Below, piece after piece: positions 28,497 to 39,380 of a stretch of 64,000 bases of DNA. Every line of letters starts with the position of its first letter. Positions within the stretch are counted from its first letter, which is position 1. This DNA comes from Promethearchaeati archaeon (GTDB lineage Archaea; Asgardarchaeota; Heimdallarchaeia; JABLTI01), in contig JABLTI010000015.1 of assembly GCA_013166835.1 (NCBI GenBank), positions 1-64,000 on the forward strand, written 5' to 3'. The position numbers and the translations under genes are program-made. The notes under the pieces are model-generated. The model saw only the letters and a program-made list of their open reading frames with translations. It ran no database searches and was not told the origin of the DNA.

Positions 28497-30989
28497 ATGA
28501 ACAAGAAAAATGATAAAACAAAAGAGCAAGGACCACAGCCCAAATTAGATAAGCACTATAACATAACTGAAACAGAAAGAAAGTTACAGGATCTATGGGC
28601 ATCAGAAGAACACTACAAAGAAATCTATAGCTTTGACTTTGAAGATACAGATAAACCATTATTTGCTATTGATACTCCCCCACCATTTACTAGTGGGATA
28701 TTACATATGGGGCACGCTTATTGGACTTCCATATCAGATCTGATTGGTAGATACAAGCGAATGCAAGGATTCAATGTTATTCTTCCACAAGGCTGGGATT
28801 GTCAAGGATTACCTACTGAATTAAAGGTTCAATATAAGTGGAATATTCCTCGTTCAAATCGTGAGTTGTTCAGAGCAAAATGCAAAGAATGGACTCAAGA
28901 AATGATTGATGATATGAAAGATTCCATGAAACAAATTGGTTACCGTCCAGATTGGGAGGAATTCGAGTATAAAACAATGGATCCGGAATATCAAGCTACC
29001 GTTCAAAAAACATTGATACAAATGCATCAAGTTGGTGATGTTTATGTTGATAATTTTCCCAATATGTGGTGTACCTATTGTGGAACCAGTATAGCTCAAG
29101 CAGAGACTGGTTATCTCGAGAAGAAAGGTTTCATGAATTGGGTTAAATTCCCTATTGCAGGTGAGAAAGATCAATTTATTGAAATTGCTACTTCCAGACC
29201 TGAACTTATTCCTGCTTGTCAAGCAATTCTCATTCATCCGAGTGATAAGCGATTCAAGAAATTCCAAGGGAAGAAAGCTCTCATACCTTTACTTGAAAAA
29301 GAGATTCCTATTATTATTGACAAAGATGTTGACATGGAGTTTGGTACTGGAGCTGTAATGAATTGTACCTTTGGTGATGAACAAGACATCAAGTGGCAAC
29401 AAAGACATAGTTTACCTATCTCAAGTATTGTTTCCCCAGACGGTCTTCTGCAAAATACCGGGTTACAGTATGATGGAATGCTAATTAAAGATGCTCAAAG
29501 AGAAATATCCATTGATTTGAATAAAAAAGGCTTTATGATAAAACAAGAACGAATCAAGCATCGTGTTTTATGTCATACAGAGCGAGGTGACTGTGAGACT
29601 CCAATGGAGTTTCTTACAACAAAACAATATATGATCAAAATCAAAGATTTCGCTCCTGATTTGATAAAAGCTGCAAAGAAGATGAAGTGGTACCCAAGTT
29701 TCTATCTAAGAAGAGCAACTGATTGGATAGGTGCTTTAGAATGGGATTGGATAATTTCGCGTCAAAGATTGTTTGGAACTCCTATTCCTTTCTGGAGTTG
29801 CAGTGATTGCAATGAAGTTATTGCTCCCTCAGAAGATTCAGAATTTCCTATAGATACTTCGTTTACTCCCTCACCAATTAAGAAATGTCCAAAATGTGGG
29901 TCCTCAAGCATAAAAGGAACACAAGATATTTGTGATGTATGGGTTGACTCGAGTCTAACAGCATTAATTATCACAAGATGGTTTGAGGATCCTGAATTTG
30001 CTAAGAAATGGATTACAAAGGATTCACCAGCAATTCTTAGATTACAAGGACATGATATTATTCGAACTTGGTATACTTATACAACTTTTCGAACATTGAA
30101 GCTTACTGATGGACTGTTTCCATATGGTAATGTTTTGATTAATGGTCATGTTCTCGGACCAGATTCTATGAAGATGTCAAAATCTCGTGATAATGTTGTT
30201 GACCCTCGAGATGGTATTGAGAAATTTGGAGCAGATGCTATTAGGCAAACAATATTAGGTAAGAAAGTTGGTTCAGACTTTCCTTTCCAATGGGATAAAG
30301 CACAGTATGGTAAATCTTTCCTACAAAAACTGTGGTCTGTTTCAAGATATCTCAGCATTTTCATTGATGATATTCCTGAGAGTAAACCAAAGTATTCTCC
30401 GATAGATATTTGGCTGCTTTCTGAGCTCGAATCAGCAAGAAAAGAAATCACAAGAACAATGGATATTTATGAATTTCATACAAGCTTGAAGATTATTCAT
30501 GAATTCACTTGGAGTAAACTCTGTGATAATTACTTGGAAAGTGTAAAACCCATTTTTAGATCTGAAGATTTAGCTCGTTCATCAACTGTTAAACAAATAC
30601 TCAAAGACACTTTATGGTCAGTTTTACGTTTGCTAGCACCATTCTGTCCACATGTTTCAGAAGAAATTTACCTAAACATGTTCAAGGACGAAATCGGAAA
30701 AATATCCATTCATGCGACTGATTGGCCAGCTAAAGATAAGAAAAATTATGATCCGAAAGAAATCGAGCTCGGAGCATTACTCATAGAAATCATAGCACTT
30801 GGGAGACAACAAAAAGCAAATATGAGATTAGCTTTGAATGAACCAATTAAACTAGCTACAATCACCATTTCAAAAGAATATCATTCAAAGATTAAAGAAC
30901 ATCAAGAATTACTCAAATTACCTCTACACATTTCCGAGATAAAATTGACTTCCGGAGAAGAATTAACCATTAAGATAGATAAAGAATAG
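28497..30989 (+). CDS. valS: valine--tRNA ligase (archaeal type)
   Basis: DTPPP, HMGH, GWDCQGLPTE, WIISRQR and KMSKS motifs. Confidence 0.93.
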   Translation: MNKKNDKTKEQGPQPKLDKHYNITETERKLQDLWASEEHYKEIYSFDFEDTDKPLFAIDTPPPFTSGILHMGHAYWTSISDLIGRYKRMQGFNVILPQGWDCQGLPTELKVQYKWNIPRSNRELFRAKCKEWTQEMIDDMKDSMKQIGYRPDWEEFEYKTMDPEYQATVQKTLIQMHQVGDVYVDNFPNMWCTYCGTSIAQAETGYLEKKGFMNWVKFPIAGEKDQFIEIATSRPELIPACQAILIHPSDKRFKKFQGKKALIPLLEKEIPIIIDKDVDMEFGTGAVMNCTFGDEQDIKWQQRHSLPISSIVSPDGLLQNTGLQYDGMLIKDAQREISIDLNKKGFMIKQERIKHRVLCHTERGDCETPMEFLTTKQYMIKIKDFAPDLIKAAKKMKWYPSFYLRRATDWIGALEWDWIISRQRLFGTPIPFWSCSDCNEVIAPSEDSEFPIDTSFTPSPIKKCPKCGSSSIKGTQDICDVWVDSSLTALIITRWFEDPEFAKKWITKDSPAILRLQGHDIIRTWYTYTTFRTLKLTDGLFPYGNVLINGHVLGPDSMKMSKSRDNVVDPRDGIEKFGADAIRQTILGKKVGSDFPFQWDKAQYGKSFLQKLWSVSRYLSIFIDDIPESKPKYSPIDIWLLSELESARKEITRTMDIYEFHTSLKIIHEFTWSKLCDNYLESVKPIFRSEDLARSSTVKQILKDTLWSVLRLLAPFCPHVSEEIYLNMFKDEIGKISIHATDWPAKDKKNYDPKEIELGALLIEIIALGRQQKANMRLALNEPIKLATITISKEYHSKIKEHQELLKLPLHISEIKLTSGEELTIKIDKE

Positions 30990-31133
30990 AAGAATTATTC
31001 TTCTTTTTCTTAATTTTTTTTCAAATAACCATCTGTTTCTATTTCTTTACCATTTAATAGAAACCCTTTTGAATTATTTTTATTCCCTTTAGTCGGTCCA
31101 GATGTACCAAAAAATTGGTGTGGTTTAAAAGAA

Positions 31134-32036
31134 ATGATAGGTGAAATATGGTTTTCACAAGTTTTCGGTCAATGGGGATGGTTAATTGCTTTATCTATCG
31201 CTATTGGAGTAAACGTTCCAATTTTTGTTTGGGTCAGGATAAAAAGACATCTAACACCCTTTGCTTGTCTGCTTGCAGGTTTTTTCGGGATAGCTTATTG
31301 GATGATTCATCCGATTTTTTATGCGCTCCTGTTTGCATTTTTCATTTCCAGTAGTATATTGACTAATTATCGTAAAAAGGATAAGAAAGATATCCAGGAT
31401 AAATTCGAGAAAGGTGGAGAAAGGGACACATCTCAAGTTTTGGCAAATGGTTTAGGCGGATTCATTTTCGCTGTAGGTTATTTGTTAACCTTTCTTTTAT
31501 CTACAAATATCATTATTTCAAATGCTTTTATTTTTGCATTTATAGCAACAATTGGAACAGTTAACGCAGATACTTGGGGAACAGAAATTGGAATTTTATC
31601 TAATGATCAACCATATTGGATTCTTAATCTCAGTAAAAAAGTGGATAGAGGAACTTCCGGAGGAGTATCACTAAAAGGTACTGCTGCTTCGTTTATAGGA
31701 GCCTTAATTATCACATTAGTTGCGTTATTAATTGAGATATTTTGGAAAAGTCCCGTACCAGATGTTTCAACTTGGCAAATTTATCTCTTTATCCCCTTGA
31801 CAAGTATTTTTGGTTTTATCGGGGGGATAATTGACAGCATGTTCGGAGCTTCCATACAAGGATTCTTTGAGTGTACAGTATGTGGGAAAGGAACGGAAAA
31901 AAGAGAACACTGTGGCGAACCTACAAAATTGTTGCGAGGAAATGAGTGGTTTAGAAATGATCATGTTAATTACTGGGCATCCTTTTTAGCTGGATTGCTT
32001 ATGTTTGGTGTTAGTTGTTTAGCATTTCTAATATAA
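31134..32036 (+). CDS. DUF92 (TMEM19-like) membrane protein
   Basis: RDTSQVLANG, ADTWGTEIG, GTSGGVS, DSMFGASIQ and NDHVN motifs. Confidence 0.88.
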   Translation: MIGEIWFSQVFGQWGWLIALSIAIGVNVPIFVWVRIKRHLTPFACLLAGFFGIAYWMIHPIFYALLFAFFISSSILTNYRKKDKKDIQDKFEKGGERDTSQVLANGLGGFIFAVGYLLTFLLSTNIIISNAFIFAFIATIGTVNADTWGTEIGILSNDQPYWILNLSKKVDRGTSGGVSLKGTAASFIGALIITLVALLIEIFWKSPVPDVSTWQIYLFIPLTSIFGFIGGIIDSMFGASIQGFFECTVCGKGTEKREHCGEPTKLLRGNEWFRNDHVNYWASFLAGLLMFGVSCLAFLI

Positions 32037-32043
32037 GATTGAA

Positions 32044-33213
32044 TCAATCTGCGAAAATCTCAACTATATCGCCATCTGCCAAAATATGGTTTAAACCAAC
32101 GGTTTGTCCCTCAAATTTCGCACTTGGACCATATATTTTTGCTAGCTTAAAATGATCAAAGAATCTTGTGTGAATTATTTTGGCAACATCAGAAACTGTA
32201 GCTCCTTTCTTCAAAACAATAGGTTTAGGAGCGATTCCACCATTTGGTTCTTTACTCTTAATCCTTATAAGTTCTAATTGTTGAAAAATTGTTTCTTGTA
32301 AAAGAACCAACCCTTCGTCTTCGGTTGCACTAACTGGAACAATAATGAATTGCTTCTCAAAAAATTCTTTCAGTTTCTGATAACTTTCTTTAGAACCTGT
32401 CGTGTCTCCTTTGTTTGCAACAATAATTCCTTTACTATAAGCCAAGCTGTAATCAAGTGCTTCAACTACATCTGATAAAGACATAGGTTTGAAGAATTTT
32501 AATGAGAAATTATAGATCCCGAGATCATGTAGTATTTCAATGATTTCTTCTCGAGACGCATCTACTTTGCTTTCACCAATTAGAATTGCTCCTCCAGAAC
32601 CTGTTTTCCGAAGTTCAATCGGTGGTTTTTCTTTATTTACACGAATGCTACCATTATAGAGCTCTTCTATTAAAATATCCATTTGTTTTTTCGGGTCCTC
32701 AGAGAGATCTATCACGAAAACTATCAAGTCAGAGGCTCGTATTTGTGATAAAAGCATAGCTCCATTTTTAGATTCAGTACGTATATTTGGGAAAATACTT
32801 GGTAAATCAATTAATTGAATGATCGCTCCATCACAATCTAGTACCCCAGGTTCAGGTTTTTCAGTAGTATAAGGGTAGTCACCTACTTTTGTATTAGAGC
32901 CTGTGAGTATTCTCATTAACTGTGACTTGCCAGAGTTTGCAACACCGATAAGAGAAACTTGGGCATCTCCTTCTTTTGGAATAACCCAGGTTGGACCTTT
33001 TGAGAGAGACTTTAGCCTTCTCTTATTCTCCTCTAAATCTGATTTTAACTTTACTAATCGGCTTCTTAATCGAGCAACCAATTTTTCAGTAGCTTTATGC
33101 TTAGGAACAAGGGATATGAATTTCTCTAGCTTGATGATTTTATCTTCTGTAGTATTTGCTTCATTATATTCCTGTTCCGCTAGTTTGGCTTCAGGACTAA
33201 GATTTGTCGACAT
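32044..33213 (-). CDS. DRG/OBG-family GTPase with TGS domain
   Basis: PKHKATE, GVANSGKS, YPYTT, DLP and NKGD motifs; C-terminal TGS. Confidence 0.9.
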   Translation of the reverse strand: MSTNLSPEAKLAEQEYNEANTTEDKIIKLEKFISLVPKHKATEKLVARLRSRLVKLKSDLEENKRRLKSLSKGPTWVIPKEGDAQVSLIGVANSGKSQLMRILTGSNTKVGDYPYTTEKPEPGVLDCDGAIIQLIDLPSIFPNIRTESKNGAMLLSQIRASDLIVFVIDLSEDPKKQMDILIEELYNGSIRVNKEKPPIELRKTGSGGAILIGESKVDASREEIIEILHDLGIYNFSLKFFKPMSLSDVVEALDYSLAYSKGIIVANKGDTTGSKESYQKLKEFFEKQFIIVPVSATEDEGLVLLQETIFQQLELIRIKSKEPNGGIAPKPIVLKKGATVSDVAKIIHTRFFDHFKLAKIYGPSAKFEGQTVGLNHILADGDIVEIFAD

Positions 33214-33322
33214 AGTTAAGACGTATGCTCCTAAACATTAAATATTCTACAAGGAAGAAATGTAGTTATAACTTTTTAATTCTTACCTCTTGCGAGATAA
33301 ATCAATAAAAAAAAGAGAGTAG

Positions 33323-33342
33323 AGTGCGAAGTAAATCGCACT
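33323..33342 (-). terminator. hairpin plus U-tract terminator-like element
   Basis: AGTGCGA-agtaaa-TCGCACT followed by a T-run on the minus strand; a similar hairpin AATGCGAT...ATCGCATT lies near 35077-35097. Confidence 0.5.
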
Positions 33343-33353
33343 AAATAGACTAA

Positions 33354-34931
33354 TTATCTTCGTCTTCTAATGATTGCACCTAATGCTGCTAAACCAATGA
33401 TTGTTGGTATGGCAATAAACCAGGTGAAACCAGGAAGAATGTTGTTATTAATGATTTCAGGGGGATTATAAAGAGGATTTCTGATTTTGAAGTCAACTTC
33501 ACCATGTATGGTACCAGTATCGAAAGAAGTGGAAGAATCATAAACTTCAATATCAATAACTGCTCTAATGTAAATGGCTGCTCCAATACCTGTGTCTGTG
33601 TAGCATATGTATCCATTTTCTTCTAGTGTATAAGTAGCTCCAGTATCATAAGCAACTTCTGGCATGATTGTACCGATAGTAAGATTATTTTCAACTTGAA
33701 CATTTACTGCTTCTTGGAAGTAATAGAAACTACCTTTTTGTTTTAGTGCAAATCCGCCTTCGATTGCGTGGAAGATAAGTTCATCAGCTGGAGGATTGAT
33801 GAAATCCATAAGTTCATCTATGTAAACTCCAACAACGGTGTCGCCAAGGATCATATAGCCTTCGTAGATTGTCCAATCAGGAGTTATTGCAGGTGCAATT
33901 CCTTCTGAGAATCCATGTGATGGTTCATCATAGAATGGTTCATCACCAGTAGTTATGGAACCAAAGAATCCATTGAAAACAACTGGTTCGGAACTTTTTT
34001 CGAGCATACCAGTTTCAAAATTACGGAAGTAAGTATCAGCCATATAATAACATCCTCTAACATCTGTAACAACAATACTCATTAGTGATTCTCCGACAAG
34101 AGCATCAGCTTCAGAAATAACATTGTTTAAATCTGTTTGATTAATGGCAGCATAGAGATCACCAGTACCAGTTACTGAAATATCAGCGATATCGACATCG
34201 AAAGCAATAACATCTCCGTTTGAGACTGGCAATGGATTGTATTCTTTAGAAGTAAATGAAATCTCAAAAGTATATCCTGAGAAATCAGTACCCATAAAGT
34301 AGATATCATCATAAATTAGATGAGTACAAATTCCATCAGATTTTCTCCAAGTACCAGAAATTTCTCCTGTACCATTTACAAAGGTTGCTGAGAAAGTATC
34401 CACAGTATCTGTTACTGTAAAGCCAATAGCACCTAATAATGTTGCATGTTCTGTATAGTCATCATTAATGAAGAACAACGATGGTCCACTACCATAAGTG
34501 TTATTCCAATGTGGAATACCTTCTACAACTGCACTTGGTGTAGCAGCACCAGCTGGTATGATATAATCTGTGGATATTAATCCATCACCAACTGTAATTG
34601 TTTCATCTTCTTCAAAAAGCAATCCTAAAGCATAGTTAATGAAATTACCTTCAACACCAGGTGCAAATTCATGATCATCTTCAACATACATGACCTTGAT
34701 ATAGAGAGTATTATCTGCAAAATTTGGTAAGGTAACATTTTCGGGCTCTGCTTCTGGTGGGAGTACTAGTTGATCAATGTTGTAATACAAAGTATCACCA
34801 GCGACTACTCCTATAGAAGAATCATAGTCTTGAGGAACTACTTGTGTTTGTTCTTGCACAGTTGTTCCCATCACAGATAATGCTGGGGAGAGCATTATCA
34901 TTATAATTAAAAGTATAAAGGACTTGTTCAT
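33354..34931 (-). CDS. secreted surface protein with PGF-CTERM-like anchor (two internal repeats)
   Basis: Signal peptide from MNKSF (34931); acidic composition; PGFTW + TM + RRRR tail. Confidence 0.8.
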   Translation of the reverse strand: MNKSFILLIIMIMLSPALSVMGTTVQEQTQVVPQDYDSSIGVVAGDTLYYNIDQLVLPPEAEPENVTLPNFADNTLYIKVMYVEDDHEFAPGVEGNFINYALGLLFEEDETITVGDGLISTDYIIPAGAATPSAVVEGIPHWNNTYGSGPSLFFINDDYTEHATLLGAIGFTVTDTVDTFSATFVNGTGEISGTWRKSDGICTHLIYDDIYFMGTDFSGYTFEISFTSKEYNPLPVSNGDVIAFDVDIADISVTGTGDLYAAINQTDLNNVISEADALVGESLMSIVVTDVRGCYYMADTYFRNFETGMLEKSSEPVVFNGFFGSITTGDEPFYDEPSHGFSEGIAPAITPDWTIYEGYMILGDTVVGVYIDELMDFINPPADELIFHAIEGGFALKQKGSFYYFQEAVNVQVENNLTIGTIMPEVAYDTGATYTLEENGYICYTDTGIGAAIYIRAVIDIEVYDSSTSFDTGTIHGEVDFKIRNPLYNPPEIINNNILPGFTWFIAIPTIIGLAALGAIIRRRR

Positions 34932-35124
34932 CCTCAAAATTCTTTCACCAATTTTAATTTTAGATAAACTGGTAATCTGGTTATTGTTATAAAACACTAT
35001 GTATTGGGGTAAGGTCAAAAGTGAATTTTCCTTAAGTAATGAGTTAATTAAATTTTTACTTAAAAAAAGAAAAGAATAATGCGATAAAAATCGCATTAAA
35101 GTTAATTTTGGTTATATTCAGTTA

Positions 35125-36771
35125 CTATTTCTTCTTCTTTCTATATACGAAACCAGCTACTGCTACAGCAAATAATGATGGAATAGCTATTATCCATGTA
35201 AAGCCAGGGAAGATGCCACCTTGTATAAGCTCGGGGGGATTATAGAGAGGATTTCGTAATTTGAAGTCGACGTGTATCTCTAAAGCACCTGTTCCTGATG
35301 CTGGGGATGCAGAATCATAATATTCTAGTTCAACATCAGCTCTGACTGCAATTGCTGCTGGGATTCCTTCTTCGGTATAACAAACATATCCTTCTTCATT
35401 TACGGTTATTCTTGATCCATCATCATAAACCATCTGAGGATCGACACCGTCTAATAATGATATAGTGAAAGATGAAGAATAATCGTAATTATCTTCAACA
35501 TCGTAAGTAAGTGCTTGTTGCAAGTAGTAGAAATCTCTTTTCTGCACGAAATCAAAACTACCTCCAAGCGCATGATAAGTCATAGCATCAGTTGGAACTG
35601 AAAACAACTCAAGTATGTCAACAACATAAACACCAAGCATTGTATCATAGAGATTCATGTGACCTTCATAAATTTCCCAATCAGGGGTTACGAACGGAGC
35701 AAAATATGGGAAGTATGTATATGGTGATATTTCTGGCATTAGTGCTTCTGGAGAGGATGCTGCAACATAATAAAATGGCTGATTTGAAGTTAGAATTACT
35801 CCTAAGAATCCATTATAGACTATGTCTTCTGCAATTTTTTCCAATTGTTCAGTTTCAAAGTTATACATGTATACACTGCAGGAATAGTATAAACCAATGA
35901 CTTCATCAATGATGAGTTTTTGGAAAATTTTTCCTTCGAGGGCAGCCATATCATCTAGAAAACTGTTAAGACTTGTTTGGTTGATAGATGTATACAAGTC
36001 CCCTGTACCAGTTACTTCAATATTAGCAATATCCGCTTCAAACTCAACAAAGTCACCTACTGTAACAGGCAATGGTTTGTACTCTACTCTATCAAGTGAA
36101 AGTTCAATTGTTGTATCAGTGAGATTCATACCCATAAAGTAGATATCATCAAATAATACGTGAGTACAAACACCATCTGATTTTCTCCAAGCGGCATTGA
36201 TTAAACCAGTTCCATTGGTAACGGAAATTGAAAAAGTACTTGCTTCATTTGTAACTGTAAATCCAATTGCTTCCAACATTAATTCGTGAGTTGTCCATGC
36301 ATCATTTACCACAAAAACCATTGGGGGGGCGCTAGTTCCATTAAAGTGTGGTACACCTCTTACTCCTGCAGCAGGAGTTGCTGCGCCTGCAGGAATGATA
36401 AAATCAGTAGCTAATAATCCTTCTCCAACGGTAAAGGTTTCTTCTTCACCGAAAAGCAATCCAACTGCATAGAAAATCATTGTCCCTGTTGTATCTGGGA
36501 AAACATAATTTTCAAAAACAGCTTCGATTTTTAGAAAGATTTGATTACCAGCAAAATCTGGTAATGTAACACCTGGAGTATCGAATCCTGGAGGAAATAC
36601 AAGTTGGTCAATATCATAATAAATAGTATCGCCAGCTTGCACACCGACATCTGCATCCCAATAATTCGCAGAAACAGTAGTGTTATCATAAACTGTCATA
36701 CAGAAAACTGAAATTACTGGGGTTAATGTTAACATAACAACTAAGAGTATTATGTATTTTTTCACTCTCAA
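35125..36771 (-). CDS. secreted surface protein with PGF-CTERM-like anchor, paralogue of the previous gene
   Basis: Shared blocks IIPAGAATP, WRKSDG.CTH, TPDW.IYEG and RNPLYNPPE; PGFTW + TM + KKKK. Confidence 0.82.
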   Translation of the reverse strand: MRVKKYIILLVVMLTLTPVISVFCMTVYDNTTVSANYWDADVGVQAGDTIYYDIDQLVFPPGFDTPGVTLPDFAGNQIFLKIEAVFENYVFPDTTGTMIFYAVGLLFGEEETFTVGEGLLATDFIIPAGAATPAAGVRGVPHFNGTSAPPMVFVVNDAWTTHELMLEAIGFTVTNEASTFSISVTNGTGLINAAWRKSDGVCTHVLFDDIYFMGMNLTDTTIELSLDRVEYKPLPVTVGDFVEFEADIANIEVTGTGDLYTSINQTSLNSFLDDMAALEGKIFQKLIIDEVIGLYYSCSVYMYNFETEQLEKIAEDIVYNGFLGVILTSNQPFYYVAASSPEALMPEISPYTYFPYFAPFVTPDWEIYEGHMNLYDTMLGVYVVDILELFSVPTDAMTYHALGGSFDFVQKRDFYYLQQALTYDVEDNYDYSSSFTISLLDGVDPQMVYDDGSRITVNEEGYVCYTEEGIPAAIAVRADVELEYYDSASPASGTGALEIHVDFKLRNPLYNPPELIQGGIFPGFTWIIAIPSLFAVAVAGFVYRKKKK

Positions 36772-36990
36772 AATTGTTCACCTTTGATTTATTCTAAACT
36801 ATACCAAGAATTCTTGACATGTTTATAGCTAATAATTTGCATCCAACATTAATAAAGGGTTGCTCCTTTGACGTAAAGGACTTGAAGAAACAGAAAAATG
36901 ACTTCATTATCATTCCATACTCCTTCTATTTGAAGCATTAAAGCTACTAATCTGTAAATACTAATAAAGAAAGAGATGTAATGTAGAAAT

Positions 36991-37398
36991 ATGCCAAAGA
37001 AACTAACTATTAGACATCTAGAGAGATGTGTTGGATGTCTATGTTGTGTGATGGCTTGTGCTCGAGAGAGATTCAATACTCTATCTATAGATCAATCTGC
37101 CATTAGAGTAAAGGCCGCAGGTCAAACAGCGTATTATGCAGTAGTAGTTTGTAGAGGGTGTAAAGATCCAGTTTGTTTACGAGCTTGCCCTACAAATGCT
37201 CTCCGGAAAAGAAAAGGAGGAGGAGTAATTCTAGATCCATCAAAATGTGATGCTTGTGGGAGTTGCGAAAAAGCATGTATGATCGGAGCAATTAGGTTAG
37301 ATCAAAAACAAGGTATACCAATAGTTTGTATTCATTGTGGAAAATGCGTTCCTTTCTGTCCACATGGAATCTTAGAAATGGAGGAAGTTGAAGGATGA
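36991..37398 (+). CDS. 4Fe-4S polyferredoxin (AOR-associated)
   Basis: Four Cys clusters (CxxCxxCxxxC-type); overlaps the next gene by ATGA. Confidence 0.9.
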   Translation: MPKKLTIRHLERCVGCLCCVMACARERFNTLSIDQSAIRVKAAGQTAYYAVVVCRGCKDPVCLRACPTNALRKRKGGGVILDPSKCDACGSCEKACMIGAIRLDQKQGIPIVCIHCGKCVPFCPHGILEMEEVEG

Positions 37399-39143
37399 AG
37401 ATCATTGATATTGATTTAACTAAAAGGAAAGTTAAAGCTACAGATGACGAAAAGCTCGTTAAATACTTGGGTGGAGTTATCTTAGCAACAGAGATCTTTA
37501 CTAAGAATTGTCCGCCTACAATAGACCCATTATCCAAGGAGAATATTATAGTAATAGCTAATGGCCCATTAACTGCTGCTTTTCCAACTGCATCTAAGGC
37601 AGTAGCAATGTTCAAATCACCATTAAATAATGAGTTGGGTGAAAGCTATGCAGGGGGAAGAATGGCCTCAGCTTTAAGGTTTGCAGGATATGATGCTCTT
37701 ATTATTAGAGGAAAAGCAACTCATCCTGTGTATATAGCAATCCATGATGATAGTATTACTATAAAAAATGCAGAATTATTATGGAATCTTCGAAGTGTAT
37801 TCGCTGTTGGAAGAATATTAAGAGATGCTGAACCTCAAGGTCCAGGACGACGAAGTTTCGTGAGATCAGGACGAGCTGGGGATAGATTAGTAAAGTACGC
37901 AAATATCAATGTTGACAATTATCGTCATTTTGGTAGATTGGGTTTAGGAGCTGTTTTCGGTTCGAAGAACCTAAAAGCACTTGTAGTAGAAGGAACACAA
38001 GACTTTGTTTTTCCAGACATGAAGGCTTACAAGAAAGCCTATCGAGAAATTTACGATCATCTTAGTAACAGCGACGATATGGATAAATATCATAGACTGG
38101 GCACCGCTGCTGGTATAAAAGCAATTAATGCTATGGGAGCACTACCTACAAGGAATTTTAGTAGTGGTAAATTTGAGCATGTAGACAAAATTTCTGGAGA
38201 ATATTTCGCTGATAATTTATTGTTAAGAAAAATCGCTTGTTCACAATGCCCTGTTGGGTGCATACATGTTGCATATCTTCGAGTACCCTACAAAAAAGAG
38301 GAGTACGACGTGGAAACTACTTTTGTTCCCTACGATTATGAGTTAATTTATGCGTTAGGGTCGAATTTAGGGATTGAATCTGGATCAGATGTATTGCGTT
38401 TGATCGAAATTGTTGACAGGAATGGTTTTGATATAATTTCATTGGGGGGAATTCTGGCATGGGCAACAGATGCATTTCAAGAAGGTTTAATCTCTGTAAC
38501 TGATACTATGGGTGTTAATTTTGAGTTTGGTGATACTATAAATTATCTTACTGCAATTAATCTAATTATTAGAAGAGCAAATGATTTCTATTACACTCTC
38601 GGAGAAGGGATAGATGCTTGCGTTGAAAAATACGGTGGAGAACAATTTGCAGTAAGAATAGGTGGGCAAAGCCCCGCAGGTTATATGACAGGACCTGCAA
38701 GTATAATTGGACATATGATTGGGCAAAGACATTCACACCTTTGTAATGCTGGCTATAGTTATGATCAGAAAGCCTTCGGAAAGGAAATGAAACCAACTGA
38801 AGTTGTTGATTCATTAATAAAAGAAGAGAAATGGCGTTTAATACTCAATTCATTGGTAGTCTGCTTATTTGCTAGAAAGGTTTTCAATATTGAACGAACG
38901 TTAAGCAGTTTGAATTCTATTGGTAAAAATTATACTGAAAAATCCTTACTCAAACTTGCGGATGATGCATATCAGAAAAAGAATCAATGGAAAAAGGAAG
39001 CCGGACAAACATTTTCTATGGATAAACTCGCTGAACGTATATTCAGTTTTAAAACTCCACACGGGTTCATAAAGAGAGAATTCATTCATGAAGCAATTGA
39101 ATATTATTCAAAGTTATCTAGTATTCCATTGAACTCTGAATAA
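37395..39143 (+). CDS. aldehyde:ferredoxin oxidoreductase family (tungstopterin)
   Basis: KSPL...ESYAGG, GRLGLGAVFGSKNLKA, ACSQCPVGC and YELIYALGS motifs. Confidence 0.9.
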   Translation: MKIIDIDLTKRKVKATDDEKLVKYLGGVILATEIFTKNCPPTIDPLSKENIIVIANGPLTAAFPTASKAVAMFKSPLNNELGESYAGGRMASALRFAGYDALIIRGKATHPVYIAIHDDSITIKNAELLWNLRSVFAVGRILRDAEPQGPGRRSFVRSGRAGDRLVKYANINVDNYRHFGRLGLGAVFGSKNLKALVVEGTQDFVFPDMKAYKKAYREIYDHLSNSDDMDKYHRLGTAAGIKAINAMGALPTRNFSSGKFEHVDKISGEYFADNLLLRKIACSQCPVGCIHVAYLRVPYKKEEYDVETTFVPYDYELIYALGSNLGIESGSDVLRLIEIVDRNGFDIISLGGILAWATDAFQEGLISVTDTMGVNFEFGDTINYLTAINLIIRRANDFYYTLGEGIDACVEKYGGEQFAVRIGGQSPAGYMTGPASIIGHMIGQRHSHLCNAGYSYDQKAFGKEMKPTEVVDSLIKEEKWRLILNSLVVCLFARKVFNIERTLSSLNSIGKNYTEKSLLKLADDAYQKKNQWKKEAGQTFSMDKLAERIFSFKTPHGFIKREFIHEAIEYYSKLSSIPLNSE

Positions 39144-39380
39144 AAAAGAAGAGAAAGGATATCCTAAATTTAGGAATTCCTATAATTTGTATTCATTGTG
39201 GAAATCATTTCTAGAAAAAAATCCAGCTTCTGACAATAAATTGCCAGTAGCAAATACTAATTTGTAAGTAATAAAATATTAAGTAATTTTTCACTTTTTT
39301 TACTAGTAGTAATCATAATTTGCTTATTTCCCAAACTAATTTATAATGAAATTGTACAAGAATCATAGGGGGAAATTATT

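Noticed and set aside
34932-35096. N-terminal extension of the 33354 ORF given in the ORF track
   Set aside because: The extension runs through the upstream gene's terminator; the signal peptide and GGTGA SD point to the ATG at 34931
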